Source of the DNA: an uncultured Actinomycetes bacterium
Lineage (GTDB): Bacteria; Actinomycetota; Thermoleophilia; Gaiellales; JAICJC01
Direction: 5' to 3'
DNA: 64,000 nt
NCBI GenBank assembly: GCA_963737445.1
Contig: CAVTSO010000019.1
Span: 31,694 to 95,693 of the forward strand
The notes under the pieces were generated by a model. The model had not been told where the DNA came from and ran no database searches. It was given only the letters and a program-made list of their open reading frames with translations. Position numbers and translations under genes: made by a program. The stretch's first letter is position 1, and each line of letters starts with the position of its first letter. Shown one piece after another: positions 56,391 through 64,000 of this stretch.

Positions 56391-57354
56391 CGCGGTTCCA
56401 GCGGGACAGCCGCACCAGCGTGCGGCCCAGCTTGTCGGCGTCGTGCTGCCACTCACCGGCCAGGCGGGCGCCGAACACGCGCACTCCCTGGCGGCGCAGG
56501 CCGCCGCGGTCGACCGGCACCGGCACACCGTGCTCGGCCCGGTTGCGGCTGACCAGCACGGCGTCCACCAGGTCGTCGCCGACGTGCTCGTAGATGCGCG
56601 CGATGTGGTCGGAGGCGCGGTAGCCCTCGGTCTCGCCCGGCTGCTGTAGCAGGTTGCAGACGTAGATGCGCGGCACCTTGGCCGCCCGCACCGCCTCGCG
56701 GATGCCCGGCACCAGCAGCGGCGGTAGCGTGCTCGTGAAGAGGCTGCCCGGGCCCATCACGATCAGGTCGGCCCGCTCGATCGCCTGCAGCGCGCGCGGG
56801 TGGGCGGCGGGGTCGGGCGGATCCAGCCGTACGGCCCGGATCGATGAGCCGTCGGCCGCGATCGCGGTCTCGCCGCGCACGGTGCGCTCGTCCTCCATCT
56901 CGGCTACCAGCTCGACCATGTCGGTGGTGCTGGGAACGACCCGCCCCACCACCGCCAGCACCCGCGCGGACTCGGACACGGCCTGGTCGAAGCTGCCCAG
57001 CAGGTCGGTGAGCCCGGCCAGGAACAGGTTGCCGAAGCTGTGGCCGGCCAGCTCGCCGTCGGTGAAGCGGTGCTCGAACAGCTGGCTCACGAGCGACTCG
57101 TCCTCGGCCAGCGCCGACAGGCAGTGGCGCACGTCGCCGGGGGCGGGCATGCCGAAGTCGCGGCGCAGGCGCCCGGAGCTGCCGCCGTCGTCGGTGGTGG
57201 TGACGACGGCGGTCACGTTCGAGATGCGCTTGACCCCGCGCAGGATCATCGACAGGCCGGTGCCGCCGCCCAGGCAGACGACGCGCACGCGGTTTCGCGA
57301 TCGCGAGGTCGGCACCAACTCGAAGTTCGGCGGCTGGTCTGGGATTAGCGGCAT
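56377..57354 (-). CDS. yvcK: gluconeogenesis factor YvcK/CuvA (UPF0052, CofD-like)
   Basis: 325 aa; VVCLGGGTGLSMILRGVK, VVTTTDDGGSSGRLR, GPGSLFTS. Confidence 0.9.
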   Translation of the reverse strand: MPLIPDQPPNFELVPTSRSRNRVRVVCLGGGTGLSMILRGVKRISNVTAVVTTTDDGGSSGRLRRDFGMPAPGDVRHCLSALAEDESLVSQLFEHRFTDGELAGHSFGNLFLAGLTDLLGSFDQAVSESARVLAVVGRVVPSTTDMVELVAEMEDERTVRGETAIAADGSSIRAVRLDPPDPAAHPRALQAIERADLIVMGPGSLFTSTLPPLLVPGIREAVRAAKVPRIYVCNLLQQPGETEGYRASDHIARIYEHVGDDLVDAVLVSRNRAEHGVPVPVDRGGLRRQGVRVFGARLAGEWQHDADKLGRTLVRLSRWNRDELQ

Positions 57355-57374
57355 TCCACGGTCGAGGTTAGCGT

Positions 57375-57950
57375 GTGCGTGATGGGGGGCCCACGGCCCA
57401 CGGTAGGCTGACGGCCATGCGGCAGCCGGCCTCGAGCGACCCGCGGAAGCAGCTGGTCGAGTCCGGATACGACCGGATCGCGGAGCGCTACCTGGCCTGG
57501 GCGAGCGGGATCGCCGACCCCGGCCGCGCCCGGATGCTGGATCTGCTGCTGGAGCGGCTGGCCCGCGAGCAGCTGCCGGACGCCGAGCTGGTGCATGCCG
57601 ACCTGGCGTCGGTCGAGTTCCCCGATGCCTGCTTCGACGGCGTCACCTGCTTCTAAGCGCTCGGTCACCTGCCGCGCGAGCAGCTGGGCGGCGTGTTCCG
57701 GTCGGTGCGCGGCTGGCTACGGCCGGACTCGTGGTTCCTGACCAGCATCGCCTGCGGCGACAACGCCGACGCGAGCGGCGAGTGGCTGGGCGTGCCCATG
57801 CACTTCAGCGGCTACGGCCCTGACCGCAACCGCGAGCTGCTGCGGAAGGCCGGCTTTCGCATCGACGTCGACGAGGTGGTGCCGCTGCACGAGCCGGAGG
57901 GCACGGTCACGTTTCAGTGGGTGATCGTGACGCCGGCCGCGGAGGGCTGA
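57375..57950 (+). pseudogene. decayed class I SAM-dependent methyltransferase (in-frame TAA at 57654-57656; motif I region missing)
   Basis: ORFs 57375..57656 and 57693..57950 are in the same frame; read-through gives ..FPDACFDGVTCF-stop-ALGHLPREQLGGVFRSVRGWLRPDSWFL.., the conserved FD.V.....L.HLP.....L......L.PGG block; the expected VLDLGCGTG motif is absent (..ARMLDLLLERLAREQ..). Confidence 0.65.
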
Positions 57951-57951
57951 C

Positions 57952-59811
57952 TCAGCCGGTCTTGTGCAGCGCCTCGTGGATGCGGCGTCCCACCTTGGGC
58001 GGAAGGCCGGGGACGGCCTCGAGCTGCTCGCGGCTGGCGCCGGTCAGCGCGTCGGCGGTCTTGAAGTGGCGCAGCAGGACGCGGCGCCGGGCCGGCCCCA
58101 CGCCGGGCAGCCCCGCGAAGATCGTGTCCACCGACGAGCGCGCCCGGCGCTGGCGGTGGAAGCCCAGCGCGAAGCGGTGCGCCTCGTCGCGGATCCGCTG
58201 CAGCAGCTGCAGGCCGGCCGAGCCGCGCTCAAGCACGATCGGATCCGGCCGTCCCGGCACGAACACCTCCTCCTCCCGCTTGGCCAGCGCGATCACGGCC
58301 ACCCGCGGCAGGTCGTGCTCCGCCATCGCCTTCAGGGCCGCGGCCAGCTGCCCCTTGCCGCCGTCGATCACCACCAGGTTCGGCGGCGACGAGAAGCTGG
58401 CGTCGAACTCGTCGGCCGTAACCCGAGCCATGCGCGCGAACCGGCGGCCCACCACCTCCGCCATGCTGGCGAAGTCGTCCTGCCCGGCGCCGTGGCGGAT
58501 CGTGAACTTGCGGTAGTCGGAGCGCTTGGCGACCGCGTCCTCGAACACCACCATCGACGCGACCGTGTTCGACTCGCCCAGGTTGGAGATGTCGAAGCAC
58601 TCGATCCGCACCGGCAGCGACTCCAGGTTGAGCTGCTCGCGCAGCTCCTCCAGCGCCTCCACCCGGCGAGCGCGGGTGCGCAGCGCCACCAGGCGGTCGT
58701 GCTCGAGCGCCATCTCGGCGTTACCTGCGGCCAGCTCCACCAGGCGCCGCTTCTCGCCGCGCTGCGCGACCCGCACCTCGACGGCGCTGCCGCGGCGCTC
58801 CGACAGGAACATGGCCAGCAGGCCGGCGTCCTCGAACCCCTTGGGCACGATCACCGACGGCGGGATCGCCACCTGGCCGCCGTAGTACTCGAGCGCGAAC
58901 CCCCACAGCACCTCGGACTCGCGCTCGCCGCCGGCGTTGTCCAGGTAGAAGCTACGGCGGTCGGCCAGGCGGCCGTCGCGCAGCTGGAACAGCTGCACGT
59001 TGGCGGCGGTGTCGGAGACGGCGGCGGCCAGCACGTCGCCGGTCTGCGAGCCGACGTGGTCGGCCACCTGGCGCTGGGACAGGTGGCGGACGGCGGTCAG
59101 CCGGTTGCGGTAGCGGGCCGCCTCCTCGAACTCGTGGCGGGCGGCGGCGTCCTTCATCTGCTGCTCCAGCCGCCGCTCCAGCGGGCGCACCCGGCCGGAC
59201 AGGAACTCGACCACGCTGTCGATCACGGCCGCGTAGTCCTCCTTCGAGATCAGGCCGACGCAGGGAGCGGCGCAGCGGCCGATGTGGTGGTCGAGGCAGG
59301 GCACGCCGGAGCGGCGCCCGGGCTGCGGGCCCTCGCAGGGCCGGTAGGGGAACACGCGGTTGAGCACGTCCAGCGTCTCCCGCACCTTCTTCGCACTCGA
59401 GTAGGGGCCGAAGTAGAGGACGCCGCGGCGGTGCCGCTCGCGCGTGAACATCACCCGCGGGTACTCGTCGGAGGTCGTGACCGCGATGTAGGGGTAGGAC
59501 TTGTCGTCGCGGAGCCGGATGTTGAACGGCGGCCGGTGCCGCTTGATCAGGTTCTGCTCCAGCAGCAGCGCCTCGTGCTCGCTGCCGGCGGCCACGAACT
59601 CGATCTCCTCGATCCGGTCGACCAGCTCGGCGGTCTTGAGCGTGGCGTAGGCCTCGCGCCGGAAGTACGACTGCACGCGCTTTCGCAGCGACTTGGCCTT
59701 GCCCACGTACAGCACCACGCCGTCGCGGTCGTGGAACAGGTACACGCCGGGGCTGTCGGGCAGCTCCTTCAGCTGGGCGTCGAGCCTCTCGTTGCGGGCG
59801 ATGGTGGGCAT
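57952..59811 (-). CDS. uvrC: excinuclease ABC subunit C
   Basis: 619 aa from ATG 59811; GIY-YIG GVYLFHDRDGVVLYVGKAKSLRKRV, UVR domain, RNase H-like endonuclease domain, C-terminal (HhH)2. Confidence 0.95.
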   Translation of the reverse strand: MPTIARNERLDAQLKELPDSPGVYLFHDRDGVVLYVGKAKSLRKRVQSYFRREAYATLKTAELVDRIEEIEFVAAGSEHEALLLEQNLIKRHRPPFNIRLRDDKSYPYIAVTTSDEYPRVMFTRERHRRGVLYFGPYSSAKKVRETLDVLNRVFPYRPCEGPQPGRRSGVPCLDHHIGRCAAPCVGLISKEDYAAVIDSVVEFLSGRVRPLERRLEQQMKDAAARHEFEEAARYRNRLTAVRHLSQRQVADHVGSQTGDVLAAAVSDTAANVQLFQLRDGRLADRRSFYLDNAGGERESEVLWGFALEYYGGQVAIPPSVIVPKGFEDAGLLAMFLSERRGSAVEVRVAQRGEKRRLVELAAGNAEMALEHDRLVALRTRARRVEALEELREQLNLESLPVRIECFDISNLGESNTVASMVVFEDAVAKRSDYRKFTIRHGAGQDDFASMAEVVGRRFARMARVTADEFDASFSSPPNLVVIDGGKGQLAAALKAMAEHDLPRVAVIALAKREEEVFVPGRPDPIVLERGSAGLQLLQRIRDEAHRFALGFHRQRRARSSVDTIFAGLPGVGPARRRVLLRHFKTADALTGASREQLEAVPGLPPKVGRRIHEALHKTG

Positions 59812-59854
59812 CCTGTCCTGATCGTAGCCGTGCCCATCCACGCCATCGCGGCCG

Positions 59855-61687
59855 CTACCAGGGGGTGGGGATCGAGCCGGCCAGCGACCGCGCCCGGTCG
59901 GCCACGCCCGAGGCCACGGAGGCGACCACCCGCATGGGAGCGGTCTGCGCGCGCCAGGCAACATCCAGCGCCGTGGCGCCGACCCGTGCCGCGCCGTGGC
60001 ACCACTCGGGATGGCGCAGGAGGTAGCCCGTGACGCAGAGGCCCGCTCCCACCGCGATCAGCGTCAGCCCTACCGGCGGCACCACCGAGGTGGTCGCCCC
60101 GATCGCCAGCAGCGATCCGCCCGCCGTCATCAGCCCGGCGGTGGTGGCGGCGCTGCCGACCGCCATCAGCCCGTACCCGACGCGGTCGCGGCTGCGGCGC
60201 GCGGAGTAGGCCTGGGCCGCGAACAGCCCGGTCGAGAGCGCCCCGCCCAGCACGCTGAACCGCGCCGCCCAGAGGCCGACGCCGCTCAGCTCCAGCCCGC
60301 CGGCGGCGGCAGCGGCCGTCAGGTCGCGGACGGCGCTGTAGGTGTCCCAGATCGAGCCGACCAGGTTGACGGCGTCGCGCCAGTGGGGGTCGGGCAGCAG
60401 TCCGCCCAGGGCGGTCAGGCCGAACCGAGACAGGTGCTGGAGCGCGGCCGCCGCCTGCAGCGGCACCGCGCGGCCGCGCTCGCCCAGCTGCTCGGCAGTG
60501 TGCCCGCCGGCGTCGAGCGCGGTGCCGAGATCGTCGCTCCAGGACGAGCCGGCTGCCGCTGGGCCGGCAGGACGGCCGCCCGGCGCGTGCGCGGGCACTG
60601 CCGGAGGCGGCTCGCCGCCACCTTCGGCGTCCACGCCGGCGTGTGGCACCGGCACCAGCCTGACGGATCCGGCCAAATCGACGCCGGCGCCGCCGCCGTC
60701 CCGCAGGACGAGCGCCGCCGCCGACGCGCTCCCCAGCTGCGCCGCCAGCGCCTCCTCGAGCGAGCCGGGGTGCGCCGCCTGGGCTCGCGCCAGGGCGGCG
60801 GCGGCCGCGTCCGGATCGCTCGCCAGACCCATGCGCAGCTCGGCCGCAAGCACGTGGCCGGGCACGCCGCTGCGGCGGGCGGCGGCCGAGACCGGGTCGT
60901 CGAGCGGCGCCGGGCCGGCCGGCAACAGGCTCGCGTAGCCGTCCCAGCCGCCGTAGGCGAGCGACGAGTAGCCGACCCGCGCGCCGGTGTGCGGCGCCGA
61001 GAGCACGGTGCCGTCGCCCACGTAGATGCCGACGTGGTGCGGCGCGCCGCCGGCGGTCCCCACAAAGACGAGGTCGCCGGGCTGCAGCGCGGCCCCCCGC
61101 ACCGGCCGGCCCATCCGCCACAGGTCGGCCGCGGTGGGCCGCCCCGGCAGCGACGCACCGGCAGCTGTGAACGCGTAGTCGACCAGCCCGCTGCAGTCGA
61201 AGCCGCCCTCGGCGCGGCTCTCGCCGCCCCACACGTAGGGCCATCCCACCTGCGCGGCGGCGGCCGCTACCACGGCCGCGCGGCCGCTCAGGCCGTGCAG
61301 GTCGACCGGCCGGAACGAGCCCGCCGGCGCGGCCACCTTGAACTCGACCGCGACGCGCGCCCGCGCCCGCACGGGGTGGTCGCCGTCCACCGCGACCGAC
61401 ACCTCGACGCCGCTGGGCAGGCCGTCGTCGCTCAGCTGGGTCAGCGAGACCAGCCGTCCGCCGTTGTCGCGGGCGGCACCATCGGCGGCGGCGCGTAGGT
61501 CGGCGACCGTCGCGGCTGGGTCGGCGGACAGCTCCTTGCCGGCGGCGAGGGCGGCCATGTCGGCCGCGCGCTGGGCGTTCGCCCCGGCGCTGTCGATGCC
61601 GCCGAGGATGCCGATCAGAAACCCGGCCAGCACCAGCAGCAACACCAGCGCGCACGCCATCGACGACACCTGGCCGCGCTCGCTCAC
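59855..61687 (-). CDS. TadG/TadE-G-like N-terminal pilus-assembly domain fused to an NlpC/P60 peptidoglycan endopeptidase domain and a multi-TM C-terminal region
   Basis: 610 aa; N-terminal TM plus DSAGANAQRAADMAALAAG (Tad_N/TadG pattern); GWPYVWGGES..GFDCSGLVDYAF ... GDLVFVG...HHVGIYVGDGTVLSAPHTG (NlpC/P60 Cys-His); the last ~170 aa contain 3-4 hydrophobic helices. Confidence 0.75.
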   Translation of the reverse strand: MSERGQVSSMACALVLLLVLAGFLIGILGGIDSAGANAQRAADMAALAAGKELSADPAATVADLRAAADGAARDNGGRLVSLTQLSDDGLPSGVEVSVAVDGDHPVRARARVAVEFKVAAPAGSFRPVDLHGLSGRAAVVAAAAAQVGWPYVWGGESRAEGGFDCSGLVDYAFTAAGASLPGRPTAADLWRMGRPVRGAALQPGDLVFVGTAGGAPHHVGIYVGDGTVLSAPHTGARVGYSSLAYGGWDGYASLLPAGPAPLDDPVSAAARRSGVPGHVLAAELRMGLASDPDAAAAALARAQAAHPGSLEEALAAQLGSASAAALVLRDGGGAGVDLAGSVRLVPVPHAGVDAEGGGEPPPAVPAHAPGGRPAGPAAAGSSWSDDLGTALDAGGHTAEQLGERGRAVPLQAAAALQHLSRFGLTALGGLLPDPHWRDAVNLVGSIWDTYSAVRDLTAAAAAGGLELSGVGLWAARFSVLGGALSTGLFAAQAYSARRSRDRVGYGLMAVGSAATTAGLMTAGGSLLAIGATTSVVPPVGLTLIAVGAGLCVTGYLLRHPEWCHGAARVGATALDVAWRAQTAPMRVVASVASGVADRARSLAGSIPTPW

Positions 61688-61983
61688 CGCGGCACCGTTG
61701 TCGTCACCACCGCGGCGGCCGGCAGCGCCGGCAGCCGGATCGGCAACGGCACCGTCACCACCACGCGGTCTCCGCGCCGCTCGATCCGCGCGGCGTCGCG
61801 CAACGACGCCGGCAGCGGCCGGCCCTCCCCGACCAGCACGGCCGCCTGGTCGGCCACCCGCTCGGCGGTGATGCGAGCGCGCACGATCGTCAGCGCCTCC
61901 AGCACCGCCACCGTCGCCAGCGCCAGCAGCACGGCGCAGCCGATCATCTCCACGCTCGACTGCCCCGATTGGCGGCGCGTCAC
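61684..61983 (-). CDS. TadE-like pilus assembly protein
   Basis: 99 aa; GQSSVEMIGCAVLLALATVAVLEAL (TadE N-terminal motif); GTGA overlaps at both ends. Confidence 0.7.
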   Translation of the reverse strand: MTRRQSGQSSVEMIGCAVLLALATVAVLEALTIVRARITAERVADQAAVLVGEGRPLPASLRDAARIERRGDRVVVTVPLPIRLPALPAAAVVTTTVPR

Positions 61984-62303
61984 TGCTCGACCACCGGCGC
62001 GTCGGCGGTCAGCGACAGCGAAAAGCCGGGGATCACGCGCGGCACGGACACCCGCACCGAGACGCCGCCGTCGGAGGTGCGCACCTGCAGGCCGCCGCGC
62101 ATCGCGCCCGGCAGCGCGCCCGCGGCGGCCGGCTGCACCGCCGCTCCGACTAGCCGGGCGCGGGCGGCGGCACGGGCGGCGTGCTCGGCCGAGATCGCCG
62201 TCCAGCCAACCAGCAGCGCCTGCCAGCAGGCCAGCGTCAGGGCCAGCAGCGCCGGCAGCAGCAGCGCCGCCTCGATGCTTGCCTGGCCCCGGGAGCGATC
62301 CAT
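61980..62303 (-). CDS. TadE-like pilus assembly protein
   Basis: 107 aa; RGQASIEAALLLPALLALTLACWQALL; TAGCGT hexamer 6 nt upstream of ATG 62303. Confidence 0.7.
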   Translation of the reverse strand: MDRSRGQASIEAALLLPALLALTLACWQALLVGWTAISAEHAARAAARARLVGAAVQPAAAGALPGAMRGGLQVRTSDGGVSVRVSVPRVIPGFSLSLTADAPVVEQ

Positions 62304-62309
62304 GCGCCC

Positions 62310-62315
62310 ACGCTA
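62310..62315 (-). promoter_or_regulatory. candidate -10 hexamer TAGCGT (leaderless TadE operon)
   Basis: TANNNT hexamer 6 nt upstream of ATG 62303; tagcgtgggcgcATG compares with tagcgtgggagcATG at the S8 peptidase gene. Confidence 0.4.
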
Positions 62316-62390
62316 GGCCGGGTGTCCGTCACGGAACCAGACCGCGCCTGTGCCGAACGTGGTGACGGCCTGGCGACGGCATCCCACTGC

Positions 62391-62396
62391 TACCAT
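62391..62396 (+). promoter_or_regulatory. candidate -10 hexamer TACCAT (leaderless hemQ)
   Basis: TANNNT hexamer 6 nt upstream of ATG 62403. Confidence 0.35.
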
Positions 62397-62402
62397 CGAA
62401 CC

Positions 62403-63155
62403 ATGAGCGAGGCCAACGGAGAGGCTCCGAACAACTCGTCCGGCGAGGACCGGCAGTTCGTGCACTTCTCCTTCTATAAGCTCGATCGCGGCTTCCGGCT
62501 GCTGCCCGCAGCCGAGCGCGAGGCGGCGCTGGCCGAGTTCGTGGCGGCGGTCGAGGAGTACGGCGAGCGGTTCCCGATCCGTGCCTACACGATGGTCGGC
62601 CTGCGCGCCGACGCCGACGTGATGCTGTGGAAGGTGTCGGAGCGGCTGGAGGACTTCCAGGAGCTGGGTACCGCCCTGCTGGGGACGGCGCTCGGCGCCC
62701 ATCTGGAGACGCCCTACGCCTACCTCTCGATGACGCGGCGCTCGCAGTACGTGAAGGGCGAAGGCCGCTCGATGCACAAGCGCGGGCGGATCATGTGGAA
62801 CCCCGACTCCAAGTACCTGCTGATCTACCCGATGGTGAAGACGCGGGCCTGGTACCAGCTCTCGAAGCCGACGCGGCAGGGGATCATGAACGAGCACATC
62901 GCCACCGGGCACAAGTTCCCGACGGTGAAGATCAACACCACCTACTCGTTCGGGATCGACGACCAGGAGTTCGTGGTGGCGTTCGAGACCGACTTCGTGG
63001 GCGACTTCCTGGATCTGATGATGACGCTGCGCGAGACCGAGGCCAGCCGCTACACGGAGCGCGACACGCCCATCTTCACGTGCCGCTCGGGCGACATCCG
63101 CGAGGTGCTGGACACGCTGGGCGCTGCCGCCGCGGCGGCGCCGGTCGACGCCTGA
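62403..63155 (+). CDS. hemQ: chlorite dismutase family protein; hydrogen peroxide-dependent heme synthase (coproheme decarboxylase HemQ/ChdC)
   Basis: 250 aa; [28 protein letters not shown]...[39 protein letters not shown]. Confidence 0.85.
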   Translation: MSEANGEAPNNSSGEDRQFVHFSFYKLDRGFRLLPAAEREAALAEFVAAVEEYGERFPIRAYTMVGLRADADVMLWKVSERLEDFQELGTALLGTALGAHLETPYAYLSMTRRSQYVKGEGRSMHKRGRIMWNPDSKYLLIYPMVKTRAWYQLSKPTRQGIMNEHIATGHKFPTVKINTTYSFGIDDQEFVVAFETDFVGDFLDLMMTLRETEASRYTERDTPIFTCRSGDIREVLDTLGAAAAAAPVDA

Positions 63156-63163
63156 GCGGGCGG

Positions 63164-64000
63164 TCAGGTTGTAGCGGGCCGGACGCCGACCAGCGTACCG
63201 TGCGCGGGCGACCCTGACTTCGGCGGACAGCGTTGGCAGATCGTAGGCACCGTTGTGGCGGCGGCCGTTGATGAAGAACGTCGGCGTGCCGGAGACGCCG
63301 CTGCGGTCCGCCGAGTCGACGTCCTGGTCGATCTGCTCCGCGCCGGCGCCGCGGCGCATGTGGTCGCGGAAGCGGTCGACGTCGAGACCGAGCTGCTCGG
63401 CATAGCCCACCAGGTCGCCCGGCCGCAGGGCGCTCTGATTGGACAGCAGTAGGTCGTGCATGTCCCAGAACGAGCCCTGTTCGGCGGCCGCCTCCGCCGC
63501 CTCGGCCGCGAGCTGGGCGTTCGGATGGACGTCGTTCAGGGGCAGGTGGCGCCAGACGTAGCGCACGTCGCCGTGGTCGGCGAGCAGATCGCGCATCACC
63601 GCCTCCGCCTGGCCGCAGTACGGGCACTCGAAGTCGCCGTACTCGACGACGGTGACAGGCGCGTCGGCGGGTCCGCGGATGTGGTCGCGCTCCTCGTCCA
63701 CGGGGGCCGCCAGGTCGACGATCGCCTCCGACGATCCGAGCAACGCCTGCACGCGCAGCCGCACCGGGAGCCGCGCGGTGAGCGCGAAACAGCAGCCATG
63801 TGCACAGCGAGGACACGAGCGCAGCGCTGAGCACGCCCAGCTTGGCCTCCTCCAGCCGGTCGCCGCTGAACGCCAGGGTGGCGATCAGGATCGACACGGT
63901 GAATCCAATGCCGGCGATCGCGCCCCCGCCAACGACGGCCGCCCATCCGACCGGTGGACGCAGCCGGCCGCGGCTGAAAACGGTGACCAGCCACGAGGTG
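63164..64000 (-). pseudogene. nhaA: Na+/H+ antiporter NhaA fused to a DsbA-like thioredoxin domain; 5' end outside the window; frame broken at ~63765-63790 and the natural stop lost as assembled
   Basis: One frame: ..[45 protein letters not shown] (NhaA C-terminus). Another frame: ..[50 protein letters not shown]...[20 protein letters not shown] (DsbA). The DsbA frame then runs with no stop through the opposite strand of hemQ to 62313, and the nearest stops in the other frames are at 63164 and 63076. Confidence 0.7.

Overview
Very GC-rich (by eye about 70 %) chromosomal DNA with actinobacterial hallmarks: a uvrC-yvcK-whiA-gap neighbourhood, a SARP regulator, a GAAC-N4-GTTC SOS box, and many start codons preceded at 6-8 nt by a TANNNT hexamer, which implies leaderless mRNAs. 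I can support about 62 protein-coding genes, one tRNA-Gly(CCC), several gene relics and a few regulatory sites.

Gene content, left to right:
- a Zur-type regulated Zn/Mn ABC importer, a DmpA-type peptidase and a stand-alone cNMP-binding protein;
- an allantoin/hydantoin-type cluster (M20 amidohydrolase, cyclic amidohydrolase, racemase), split by a ~1.6-kb lower-GC insertion bracketed by a duplicated ~50-bp copy of the amidohydrolase 3' end;
- typA, a class III nucleotide cyclase, and a ~1260-aa secreted S8 peptidase with seven tandem ~100-aa C-terminal modules;
- a YdbS/YdbT-like bPH pair (YdbS fused to a GlsB/YeaQ domain), an Arch_ATPase/DUF234-type ATPase, and a 62-aa HTH gene behind a perfect SOS box;
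- a secreted protein with five FN3 modules and a TIM-barrel-like domain, DUF5996, GH15, DUF2252, an AI-2E transporter and HdeD;
- a 973-aa SARP/NB-ARC/TPR regulator, YceI, a DAG-kinase-like lipid kinase, tRNA-Gly, a PAS histidine kinase, argS, an M48 peptidase and an ECF sigma factor;
- gap-pgk-tpiA-gpmI, whiA-yvcK and uvrC;
- a TadE-TadE-TadG::NlpC/P60 module, hemQ, and a partial NhaA-DsbA gene.

I saw no CRISPR array, transposase, integrase, recognisable defence system or biosynthetic cluster.

Main caveat: five conserved reading frames (a sixth break is the lost NhaA-DsbA stop) can only be rebuilt by adding or removing a single base, mostly in short G/C runs. There is also one in-frame TAA and one in-frame TGA followed by coding-like sequence. 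These are either consensus errors or real pseudogenisation, and sequence alone cannot decide.

All family assignments come from motif recognition by eye. No searches were run.
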